DNA of 62,968 bases, the filler included, from Cladosporium halotolerans (taxonomy: Eukaryota), in assembly GCF_011745625.1 (NCBI RefSeq). It is 3 parts of 3 records of this genome, joined end to end, with 100 filler letters (N's around TTAATTAATTAA, not from the genome) between each part and the next. Parts side by side here need not be neighbours in the genome. Positions count along the whole stretch, not along the records: positions 1 to 21,636 come from NW_027191545.1; positions 21,737 to 42,316 come from NW_027191546.1; 1 more part is not named here. The stretch is one strand, 5' to 3'. Numbering within the stretch: the stretch's first letter is position 1; the number at the start of each line of letters is the position of its first letter. Of the stretch, positions 11,411-21,835 are shown piece by piece. The notes under the pieces were generated by a model. That model saw only the letters and a program-made list of their open reading frames with translations, ran no database searches and was not told the DNA's origin. The translations under genes and the position numbers were made by a program.

Positions 11411-12910
11411 TCAAATCCAGCTGCCAATCACTTTCTTCACATGCTTCATGAATTTGAAGAAGCCGACCGCATACTCAACGTTTCCCTCTGGATCAACCAC
11501 CCGCGCAGGCCACGCGATTCCCGCTCCAAAAAGACCAGGAAGTTTCTGCAGCGCCTGCTGGTCCTTGCCTTCGCCTGCGTACGAAAAGTGCCCGTTCTCA
11601 TGATCGAACACCGGTTCGATCTCCCTCCCGCTGCTCGTCTTGAGAGTCGGAATTGGATCGCGGCTGTATCCAATCGCTTGCACATAGAAGTCTACACCCT
11701 GCAGATGCTGCTCGTACGTTTCCTTCTCGGCGCCTGAGGTGTAAGCCACTTTGCTTACGTACTTGGCCACGTCGCTCGTGGGCATCGTGTCGGGCTCAAG
11801 GTTGTTACGAGCCCATTCGGCCGCGGCGCCCTTGAGGCCCGTGTTGTCTCGCAGGATCCAGCCGTCACGCTGCTCAGCGTAACGCAAGGGATGGCGAGTG
11901 AGCCATTTGATTCGCAGATCCGGTTTGCTGGTGCGCGCCAGATTGTAGAGATTCATGAGGACAAGGATTGCGGAGTGAGAGGCGCCGATCACGGCGACAG
12001 AGGTTGGACCTAGAGGGGTGAGGGTAGTAGAGAGGAGGGTCGGAGAGAGCGCGCAGTCGAGGTCCAGCACATGTAGGCTTGGGATCTCCACGGGCAGGGG
12101 CGAGTTGTTGGGCGACGAACCGGTACACATGATGAGTCGGTTGGCTGAGACAGGAACGCGGTCTGTCTGTTCAGAGGAGACTGGGCTTGTGAGGTTGATA
12201 GTCCATTTTTTGGTCCCTTCGTCGAGGGTAGCGTCCGAGACCCGGGCTTTTTGGGCGATAACGCCGGGCGTTTTGGCGAGACCTTCGGTCAACATCAAGA
12301 GCATGTCGGCTGCATGGCTGAGCTGGCAACCTTTGGCTTGCTCCAGATTCCTCAGTGCCTGGAGCTTGTCTGGCTTGCCGCTGACGGAGACACCATCGCT
12401 TTCGCTGGGCTCCTCCCACCGAGAGCGTGAAGGCGTGTTGCTCACTATCTTCCTAAAGGGTGCCACCGCGGTCGCGAAGTCAATGAACAGGGCTACTTTG
12501 GTGTTGGAGGGAACCTCTCGGTAGCACCTGTTGATACGTCCGCCATTGAACGCATTGTCGACCCAAAGAATAGGCTCGAACTTCTGCTCCAGTAAGTTGC
12601 CCACGACTGTAACGCCGGCGGCTCCGCCTCCAATGACCACGGCTTCATACGAGTCGGTAGGATTTGACATAGTGGTAGCTGAGCGCGAATGCTCAGACTT
12701 CAACCCAGGAGAAGTTCGCGCAGTGGTAGCTACTGAACGGGAGACAGATGCCTTGGACAACGCGGTGAAGGCTCGCCTCGGTAATCGGAGTGACGCGTCT
12801 TGCGCACAGCTCCTACCTGTCACCCCGCACAGCAGAAGTTGCTGCTGCGGCGAGCCATGATAGCGGCCAAACGCGACGCTAGTGCGTTTGGCGGTGGTGT
12901 GGGTAAACAT
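11411..12910 (-). CDS. FAD-dependent pyridine nucleotide-disulfide oxidoreductase-like protein, probable mitochondrial presequence
   Basis: Rossmann motifs AVVIGGGAAG and VAVIGASHSA, plus QAIGY and GLFGAGIAWP. First in-frame ATG is at 12910 (MFTHTT..., R/S-rich); an alternative start is at 12670 (MSNPTDS). Confidence 0.85.
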   Translation of the reverse strand: MFTHTTAKRTSVAFGRYHGSPQQQLLLCGVTGRSCAQDASLRLPRRAFTALSKASVSRSVATTARTSPGLKSEHSRSATTMSNPTDSYEAVVIGGGAAGVTVVGNLLEQKFEPILWVDNAFNGGRINRCYREVPSNTKVALFIDFATAVAPFRKIVSNTPSRSRWEEPSESDGVSVSGKPDKLQALRNLEQAKGCQLSHAADMLLMLTEGLAKTPGVIAQKARVSDATLDEGTKKWTINLTSPVSSEQTDRVPVSANRLIMCTGSSPNNSPLPVEIPSLHVLDLDCALSPTLLSTTLTPLGPTSVAVIGASHSAILVLMNLYNLARTSKPDLRIKWLTRHPLRYAEQRDGWILRDNTGLKGAAAEWARNNLEPDTMPTSDVAKYVSKVAYTSGAEKETYEQHLQGVDFYVQAIGYSRDPIPTLKTSSGREIEPVFDHENGHFSYAGEGKDQQALQKLPGLFGAGIAWPARVVDPEGNVEYAVGFFKFMKHVKKVIGSWI

Positions 12911-13876
12911 TGGATGGCCAACGAGGCCTTGGCCGGCGGGCAAGGGTGAGGAGGAGCGGCGAGGGTGGGATGAAACCTTGTAGACGACAGCCACGCAGAC
13001 GTCGCCGGGTGCAAGGGCGAATAGAGAGCTGCAGCAGATATGCAGTGATCCTCGGTCCTGATAGAGCGTCGACAAGCGGCCGGCGGTTCAATCAGAGTGC
13101 GCCGTTGATAGCCGTGGCGATGATAGCAATGCCTGAAGGTCGCTGAACGGCGGAGAGGACTCCAGATGGGTGCGAGGAGAGCGGGTCTGGCGATCACGCA
13201 ATGGTCTGGCGCAAATGAGCTGTCCCAGCTGAGGCGGGCAGGCGAGTTATAATTATTATGGCGGCGAGAGAGGGCGGCGATGGTGGTGACTCTGCCCGTC
13301 CGAGATCGGGGTCGCGTCAGCCGAAGCCAGAGAAGCGGCGGGTGGTCTGTGCCGGGGATGGCGAGGTGCTGTGTGTGGTATGCGGCGACATGTCGACGAG
13401 GTGGCGATGGACGAAGATATGGGATGGAGTCGGTGGTCGTCAGCGAGGCTAACGGCAGGGCAGGCCTCACAGACCAGGAAACGGGTCGAGGGGCGACTTT
13501 TCAAGGCCCATCACCACCGCCGTCGTCTAGCCTCGAGCACGCCATCGCACCCACGCTGAGACCCTGCAGCCGCCCTCCGCTGCCGCTGTCTGCCCGTTTC
13601 ATCCACGCAACCGGAACTACCTACACCGTAACGCCATTTTTAGTCGTCTGCAAAAGTATAACAGGAGTAATGTGGCCACGTCAAGAGTACTGCAATATGA
13701 CGCGGCTGCGGCAGCGGTAATGTTATCATTATGCTCCCAGGACTTCGGCAGCAGGGTTGGAATATCAGCTGAGAATCTTGCTGAGTTCTCTCGCGCAGCA
13801 TCCTGACACTATTTCTTACTTGTTGGCATTTACTCTATCTATTGTTTGTGCCATATTTCTACTGCCCCTTCTTGGC

Positions 13877-15207
13877 CTAGGCTCCATACTTCTTTACCAG
13901 CGTCTTCATCATGCTGACTGCTCCGCCTCGATAGCCACCGCCGAACATGGCATAGTGGTTGAGATGATGGTACAGCTCGTACAGCATCACTCGATCGTCA
14001 TACTCTTCAACCGGCTCAGTCTTGGGGCATATGCTGTGATACTCCTTCATGAAATCTCCACCGAAGCCGCCAAACCTGGTGCTTGCGTCAATAAACCAGT
14101 CGACCGACGGAGACAGGCACGGAGAACTTACATTTTCATGTCGCCCAGCTCATACTCAGAGTGCGCGTAACACGCACTGCTGTCGAATGTGACCTCTTCC
14201 GATTCCACCATCCCTGGCAACTTCCCTACCGATGCGTTGCCGCTCCAGAGATCGCCGTGGACAACCACAGGCATGACGCCTTTCCCGCCATTCAAGTGAT
14301 CGTCGCCAATGAGCCGAGGGACGACTTTCTCGCATAATGTCTCCATCAAAGTAGTGAGCTCTTGATCTTTCCCATTTGAGTTCCGCGAGGCCCTCTCGAT
14401 GAACCGAAGCCTGTTCTCCGCATAGAAGTCGGCCCAGCTGGATTTGTACGAGTTCTCCTGCTGCATGTCGCCGCAGCATGTCGGCACTGGAAACCCAAAC
14501 ATGGGCTTTCCATGGCCCTCGGGTACTGGTGCAGGCGTGGTGTGGAGCTTGGCCAGCTTCGTGGCGAGCGATTCCCCGGCGGCTTTTCCGCGACGTCCTG
14601 AGGTGATTTCGAGAAAGTCGGTCACGAGGAAATGCTTTTCTGGTGCGGAGGCTAGGGCGCCATGGCCGTAGGATTGGGGACAGATTGTTGGAACGGCATT
14701 GTGTAGGGCCCGGAGTGATGCGTGCTCGCCTTCGAACATGATTGCATTGGGGCCGATTTTGATGAAGAATGACCTGCAAGGTCGAGGTTTAGCTGCTGTG
14801 GACTTTGTTCAACGCATGTATCACCACTCTCGCCGGGAGCTTGAGAACGCGGCTTATTCACAGTATGGAATGTTGGCGAAGTACTGGATCGACGAATTTG
14901 TCTTCCGTATGGCATAGTCGTGCTCGTTCCACCGATGTAGTCAAGTCACAGCCGGAATGCTCGTGCAGGAAGTGTTGGGCAAACGAGAATGGCAATAGGC
15001 AGGAGATTTGCAGACTTACTTTTCAGATCCATCAGGCAACGTCGCTCTAATCCTGGAAGATGCGGCAGACGAACACCCTCCTCCACCTGTGCCGGCCATG
15101 GAGGCATTGCTCGGGTCGATCCCAAGAACCGAGGCCACTGCGCTGTCTATATGGGCGGGCATACTGGAAAGTGATCGTTTGGCTCGACTGATCGCAGAAA
15201 AGAGCAT
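13877..15207 (-). CDS. Fructosamine/ketosamine-3-kinase family protein; exons 15207-15020, 14773-14132, 14075-13877
   Basis: FFIK..MFEGEHASL, LAKLH, FGFPVPTCCG, VVHGDLWSGN, FD...YAHSEYELG.MKMFGGF, and LYELYHHLNH motifs. Two GT-AG introns. Alternative ATG at 15162. Confidence 0.92.
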
Positions 15208-15784
15208 CAACTAGGAATTATTGTTATTTCGTGTAGCTCTTGGGTGCGAAGAAGTATTGCGTTCAGATCTCTCTCACACCTTGCTATGACGTTGCGCTTG
15301 AGGATGATGCTATCGCCACCCACCTTGCTGTTCTGTCCGACCGAAGCGGACGTGAGCGCCCGTCCGGATCATGACCACGATGGAGGCTCGGCGTGTTCCT
15401 GTGTATGATTGAATTCAAACAAAGCTGTCTTATAGAGCTCCTGTGCTGTGTCAAGTGGCAGACACCCAAAGCTGCACGTGTCTTGCTCCTGTCGAGTCTG
15501 GACGGATGGGCCAAACGGCCGACGGGCAGAGCCGCGGACCTGACGTGCCCCTCCTCGCCCCGATGTAGTCATCTCCAGCACCCGCCGCCCTACTTACTCT
15601 CGCCCATCAGACTCCCTTGTGGGGTTTCATCGCCATCAAACGCACCAAACACTTTTCTGGACGTACCTACACCCGCCCTCGCTAGGCATTGACAACATCG
15701 GCTCTGTGCCCGCAGCCGCCTGCCGATACCATCCTCCAAACGCCTCTTGATCCACCCACTATCACCCCTCACGAACCGAAGGCA

Positions 15785-18022
15785 ATGTCGTCTCAGCCGC
15801 CCGCCCTCTCCAAGACCGCCTCCAACTCTAAGCAACCTCCGAGCGCGTCATCACCTGCCCCGGCTGTCTCTACCACTCAGGCCTTCTTTTCCAATACCTC
15901 AGGCGGTGTCCGCAGCAATCCTTCCACCCGCAGCGCCGCTCCGCGCAATTCTCAGGCATCCAAGCCCAAGCACAAGGCGAAGAGCAAGGCAACATATCGG
16001 TTGGTGGATGAGGATGCAGAAGCTGAGCTAGCCAGTATGCAGAATCCACACGGTCGCCGCGGACAGCAGAGTATTACCCACTTGATGAACTTTGCTCTTC
16101 CTCCCAGGCCGCAGACGCATCAGCACCAGTTCCGACATGGCGGAAGGAGAGGAGAGAGAAGGAATACCACATGGGGTTTGGGCAGCGGGTATCACGCGGT
16201 AGACAAAGCGAGGTCAGTACTCGCGACGGGAGCGTATGAAGATTGAGTCGTTGTTTACTGACATCAGACCAGGTACATTCACGCCAATTATCGCTTCATT
16301 GTCGATCCGCGTGGGGACTATCGCGCACAGTCTGTAGATGCAGACGTCCATCTCGATTGGACCAACGTCCTCCAGGTCATCGCTTCGTCCAAATCACAGT
16401 CAGCTTCCTGTCCTATCTGTCTGGGAGAGCCCACGGCACCCCGCATGGCCAAGTGTGGTCACATCTTCTGCGCGCCATGTTTGATTCGCTATATGCACTC
16501 TGAAGATGGAGATGCACCTCCGGAGAAGCGAGCGCGGTGGCAGAAATGCCCGATCTGCTGGGATCGCATTTACGTATCGGAAACGCGACCTGCACGTTTC
16601 TACGAAGGCCAAGAAGGCGACGCGCCCCGTGAAGGCGGCGATGTCGTACTTAGACTTGTCACACGCAAGCCTGGCAGCACGCTGGCCATGCCTCGAGAGA
16701 GCGGCGAAGTTGTGCCCAAGGGCGAAAACATTCCGTGGCATTTGGCGACTGAAGTAATGGACTATGCACACCTTATGAAAGGAAGCGAAGACTACATGAA
16801 TGAGCAATACGACGAAGCCCTGGCGGCAGTCGAGCTGCTCGAAAAGGAGGATGAGCTGATGTTTGGCGAAGATGCCGAATGGACTGGCCGAGCAAAGCGC
16901 ATGCTTCTTGAAGCCAAAGACAAGATTCAGGGGATTGGAAACCCGCCAGAACAACCCAAGAAGCCGGAACCGAAGCCAGAAAGGGCCCCGATCCAGTTCA
17001 ATGACAACGACGAGGGCGTGCCGGACATGTATCTCTCAAAGCATGCACAGAACACTCCACAGGTCAACGACGTTTTGTCAAACAGCGCTGCCGACGAGAC
17101 CGCGAACGACAGTCAGAGCAACACAGACAATGTGCCGCGCACCGTCGCAGAAATGAGGCAACGACAGTATGAAAAGCCTCAGCCGAATGAATACTTGTTT
17201 TACCACGGCCTGCAACATTACTACCTCTCGCCGCTTGACATTCGCATTCTAAAAGCCGCCTTTGGATCCTACAACAACTTTCCGTCATCCATTCTTCCGC
17301 GGGTTGAGCGAGTGAGCAGTGGTCACGTTGTTGACGACGAGCTACGCAAGCGAGTCAAATATCTCGGACATCTTCCGTACGGCTGCGAGGTCGGGTTCCT
17401 AGAATGCGACTGGACCGACACCGTCAGTCCGGAAATCTTGAAGGAATTTGCCGTGCCCATCGACCGTCGGAGGAAGCGCCATCACGAAAAGGAAGCCCGC
17501 GAAGAGAAGGACCGTATCCGCATTGAGAAGGCTTCCGAGAAAGAGATTGCGGCGATTCGACGCAACAAACGCCCCTCGATTCCGAATGATCTATTTTCCG
17601 CCGACAACTTGCCAACTTTGCCTGGTTCAGCCACGGACGACTCCGGCACCTCCCCGCCCTGGGCAAATCGCACCACCTCCGCCTTCGCCTCTCTCGCCTC
17701 TCCAGGCACGTCCCCTAACGCTCAACGAACGGTGTGGGGCACTGCGGCTGTGGCTCAGTCAGATCCTGACTACGACAACTTGCCGCCCGACTCGCATTTT
17801 GCTGTCGACGATGGCTGGCTACAGGGCTGGGAGAAGGACTTGATGAAGGAAGAGGAGGAGCTCATGGCTCGCACGACAGAAATGAGTCTACAAGACAATA
17901 CAGACACTGGCAATGCAGGCAGCGCGGCCAATGCTCCTGCTCCCGCTGGTGCTAAAGGCAAAAAGGGAAAGAAAGGCAAGAAGATCACACTAATGAGTAC
18001 TACGAACCGACGCACAGCTTGA
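15785..18022 (+). CDS. MAG2: RING-finger E3 ligase MAG2/RNF10-like; exons 15785-16212, 16273-18022
   Basis: ITHLMNF, DKARYIHANYRFIV, C3HC4 RING CPICL...KCGHIFCAPCL...KCPICWD, YYLSPLDIRILK, RKRVKYLGHLP, and C-terminal KKGKKITLMST. Confidence 0.9.
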
Positions 18023-18252
18023 AACAGCCGAGTGTGATCCGGATGTTGATGGCTACCTATACTATGGTTTGGTATGTACGACGTTGATATATGAATACAA
18101 TATGATATAACTTCGGTCACCCGATATAGCATCAATATGGATCACACATGAGTGCACTCTTGTGACGTGTTTGACGCCCTTCGACCGCAAAATTTGGAGG
18201 GTCTTTGCGCTTAGTCTCTGCTGCTGACACGCAATAGCTTTTTCAATCTACA

Positions 18253-19840
18253 TCAAGAGACCGTTTGGTTCAACCTGACACCTTTCGGATCCCTCGACAC
18301 CTCATCACCCCACTCAGCCTGCCATCCATTCCGTGCTAGATACCGCTTCCATGCCTCATCTTCGTCTCCAAGGCTCGTGCTCACATCCGGAATCACAAAC
18401 CAGGCAATCAAAGCTCCCACCAGCGCGAAGCTCGAACCGATTAAAAACGCCGCTTGGTCGCCTTTCGCGCTGTCGCTCCACGAGCTCATGATTGCCGTGA
18501 AAACTTGCGTCCCGATCGCAGCGCCCGCTTTGCTCCAAGCTGCTACTAAACCCATCATTTGCCCGCGAATCGACGTCGGGAAGCTCTCCGTCGCGGTGAT
18601 GACGACCGTGCTACCTGGGCCAACCTCACCTAGCGTGAGGAAGAGGCCATACAGCACGATGTACAGCGGAAAGATCTTCTGGATCTGTTGGTTGGCGGCG
18701 CCGAAAATGAAGCCTAGGACGGCTTGGAGGGTGAAGCCTAGAGCCATTGTGCGCCGGCGACCGATTTTGTCCGATAGGTATCCGCCGATGAAGGGGCCGG
18801 GGATGTAGAAGCAATTTATCACGACTCCCCAGCCGAGAGACTTGACTAGGGAGTTGGATGGATTCACGCGTGAGGTGATGGTCCCAGCAAAGATTCCGAA
18901 CGGTACGGACACGTAATTGTACGTGAACCAGGTTGCTGAGCAGCCGAGGAGCGGCCGCCAGTAGCGTTTGAGAGCAAGCTTGTACGGCACGCGTTGTTTG
19001 CGCATGGATGATTTTCTGTAGGCGGTTGAGATGGCCATCCGGATGCGGAACCAGAAGATAGAGAGTGGCGGGATCATCCCTAGCGCCAACGAGGTGCGCC
19101 ATACGATGTTGTATTTTGATACTTGCTGTCCGGTGCAGAGCAGCAAGAGCAGTGGGACGAGAGCAGCCCAGATGTAGCCCAGTGAGGCCGAGAGATCAGC
19201 TAGCATGGCGAAATAGAACCCACGGTGCTTGCGCTGCGACGAGTTCTCATCTGTGGCTTCTGCTGCGCCAGCTCCCGATACTGGGTACTCGCCGCCGGCT
19301 CCTACGCCTGCGATGCCGCGCGCCACGATCAGCATCCAGAGCATGCCAGTTTCTGTTTCACCAGAAGCGCCGGCAGACAGCGCGATGCCTAGGACAAGAA
19401 GGACCGTCGTTGCAACCGCGCCGGTTTTGCGGCCTAGCTGGTCGACTACACCGCCGAAGAGCAGCATGCCGACGATCATGCCTATCAGGAAGGCGTTGCT
19501 TAGTCGTGAGTAGATACCATCTGTGAGCGAGTCCGGGTAAATAACTGCCATGAGCAGTTGTGAGTTGGCTATCACGGCTGCGTTGCTGCGATATTGTTAG
19601 CAGTGGATTGAGCCAACAGCGAAGGTTGCTCACGTACTAGCCATCGCTGCCTATCGCAAGGCCGGAATACACGATCATGAGCCACACTGAAAGCTTGCTA
19701 TAGTGCGCCTTAGGCGCGTCGGTCTCCAGCCCATCGTCTCGCACCTCGACTGTGCCATTCTTCACAGTCGCTGCAACTTTGGGATCTGCAGAGGTTGGAG
19801 AACTTGGCAGAGCAATCTCGTCCTCTGGCGCTGCGCTCAT
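18253..19840 (-). CDS. MFS transporter, GIT1-like glycerophosphodiester permease; exons 19840-19638, 19585-18253
   Basis: SDGYN, DQLGRK, RGIAGVGAGGEYP, SDKIGRR, GEVGPG, and ESFPTSIRGQMMGLVAAWSKAGA motifs. A 52-nt GT-AG intron with CTAAC branch. Confidence 0.88.
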
Positions 19841-20369
19841 CACGGCGAGAGGGAAGATGGTTGTCCGCGCATTTGACGGCTCTGAAGTAAACGTGCCGTT
19901 TATAATACGACGCTACTTTCAGACACTCGATGTCGGCGCCCTTCTCCGCCTATCTTCTAGCAAGAGGCGGCCAGTGCTCGGGAGGAGTGAAGGTGGTATT
20001 GGCTGTCTGATGAGTGATAGGCCAGCAGAGCGGATGCCGATGCGACTGTAGCATTCCGACCTCGGCCGCAACATATTGGCGATAGCCAAAGCGGAGACTT
20101 CATCAAGAGACTTGATACAAAGGCGTTGTTGATAGGCGACTGGCGGCTAAGTGGATCGCAAAAGTGGAGTTGCTCCGTGGAGGTGGAGTCTTGTGGGGCA
20201 GAGTGGTGTTGCTCGAGTTCAGCAGCCAGCCCCATCTTGAGTCTCGTGTTTTGATGCGTGCATCCGGCACGGCCGTTGGCCGCCAGGAATTCATCCAGAA
20301 ACTTCGTCTCGCGACTGACAAAGAACATCATCCTGATCATTGTCTTTGGCGGACATCTGGAAAGGCGTA

Positions 20370-21538
20370 ATGCGTGGGGTTAAGGATGCTGACTGGTCAT
20401 GGGCAGACAGCCGTGCTTTAGCGATGGTGGTTGCGCGGCCGAGTGTCAACTGCACGTGGCGGCAAGCCAGATGCGTTTTGCTCTCCTTGATCCTTTTCTC
20501 CCTTGGCCTGCTCTCTATCTCTAAAAGCTGGCACACGGATTTCACCTTGCTTGACGATGTCATCGGACGCACCCAGCAGGCGGCGCTCACAGAATTGACA
20601 TGGTCAGGCTACCTGGACGAATTCAAGAACTGCTCGATCAAGAACATCCAAGCGACAAATTTCACATTCCTTGATAACGCTCGGCCCATCCAACTCAATG
20701 AGTTTGTCAACCGCCGTGAACGGCTTGCCCGAGCCTTGGTTGCGGACAAGGTAGATGCCTTCGTCGTGGAGCCAGGATACACTTTCTCGTACTATGCCAA
20801 CATCACCCAGCAGCAGTGGGAGGTCTGGGAGCCCGAGGAGCGACCGTTTCTTATGATCGTTCAGCCAGATGGTTCGGGAAAAGCGAGGACCACCTTCCTC
20901 GTTCCCAGCTTCGAGGCCGAGAGGGCCCGCTTGCTGGGAATGCCATTTGCGGATCACGAGGATGTACGATGGGTCACATACGAAGAACACTGGAATCCGT
21001 ATGGCACGCTGGCCTCGTCTGGGGTCCTGCTTAAGATTGACGGAAGCGCCAATGGTTTGGCGCCTGTCAAAGTTGTCGTCGATGAGGAGATGCGCGACTT
21101 CATCGCCCGCGGTCTGGATGCTCAGCCCGATTTCTCCGTCTCTGGACTCATTGGCGATGTCGAGCGGGTGCGACAGACAAAAATGCCCGCTGAGGTGGAC
21201 GTCCTGCGCGCTGTCAACACGGGCACAGTCGAGGCCATCCGTGCTATGCGGCCTTGCTTGCAGCCAGGTCTCACAGAGAACGAAGTCACATCTGTCCTTG
21301 ACTCTACGCTCCGAGCGGCGTCACTCGAGCCTTTCTTCGACATTGTACTCTTTGATGAAGACGCCAGCAATCCCCACGGCGGTACGGACGGGAGCAAATC
21401 ACTCACGAATACCACAATGGTCCTCATTGACGTCGGCGCGCATCTATACGGATACAGCTCAGACGTCTGCCGCTCGTTCTTCCCACCTTTCACCTCTACA
21501 GAACCAGAAACGTGGGATGAAGATTTCAGGCACAAGCT
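20370..21538 (+). CDS. M24 metallopeptidase (Xaa-Pro dipeptidase-like) with N-terminal membrane anchor; 3'-truncated by a hAT-like end at the contig edge
   Basis: WEPEERPF, RQTK.PAEVDVLRAVN, DASNPHG, and VLIDVGAHLYGYSSDVCRSF motifs. The C-terminal metal-binding His/Glu part is missing; the frame runs into CAAT-repeat DNA. Confidence 0.85.
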
Positions 21539-21636
21539 CAGAGGTGTGCACAATCAATTTTTTACTTGACAACTTGATTGATTGATTGTTGACTAAGCAA
21601 TCAATCAAGTTGCACCTCATGACCAATCAATCAATT
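21539..21636 (+). mobile_element. Terminus of a hAT-like DNA transposon (CAAT/ATTG subterminal repeats)
   Basis: Begins CAGAGGTGTGCACAATCAAT, followed by (TTGA)n and (CAAT)n inverted arrays, and runs into the gap. Confidence 0.65.
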
Positions 21637-21736
21637 NNNNNNNNNNNNNNNNNNNNNNNNNNNNNNNNNNNNNNNNNNNNTTAATTAATTAANNNNNNNN
21701 NNNNNNNNNNNNNNNNNNNNNNNNNNNNNNNNNNNN
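21637..21736. other. Artificial scaffold gap spacer
   Basis: N44-TTAATTAATTAA-N44 (all-frame stop linker). Confidence 0.97.
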
Positions 21737-21835
21737 TCATTGCCATTTCTCAGACAGACAGACAAGCCACCGCTCCTTAGGTAAGCAGACCAGACACTCC
21801 CGAAAATCTTGTCTGTCTGTCTGATGAACACCCTG
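21737..21835 (-). mobile_element. Terminus of a second hAT-like element (CAGA/TCTG subterminal repeats)
   Basis: Reverse complement begins CAGGGTGTTCATCAGACAGACAGAC. Contains inverted CAGA arrays and abuts the gap. Confidence 0.65.

Noticed and set aside
21681..21692. TTAATTAATTAA palindrome (also 42361-42372)
   Set aside because: Scaffolding linker centred in N runs, not biological.
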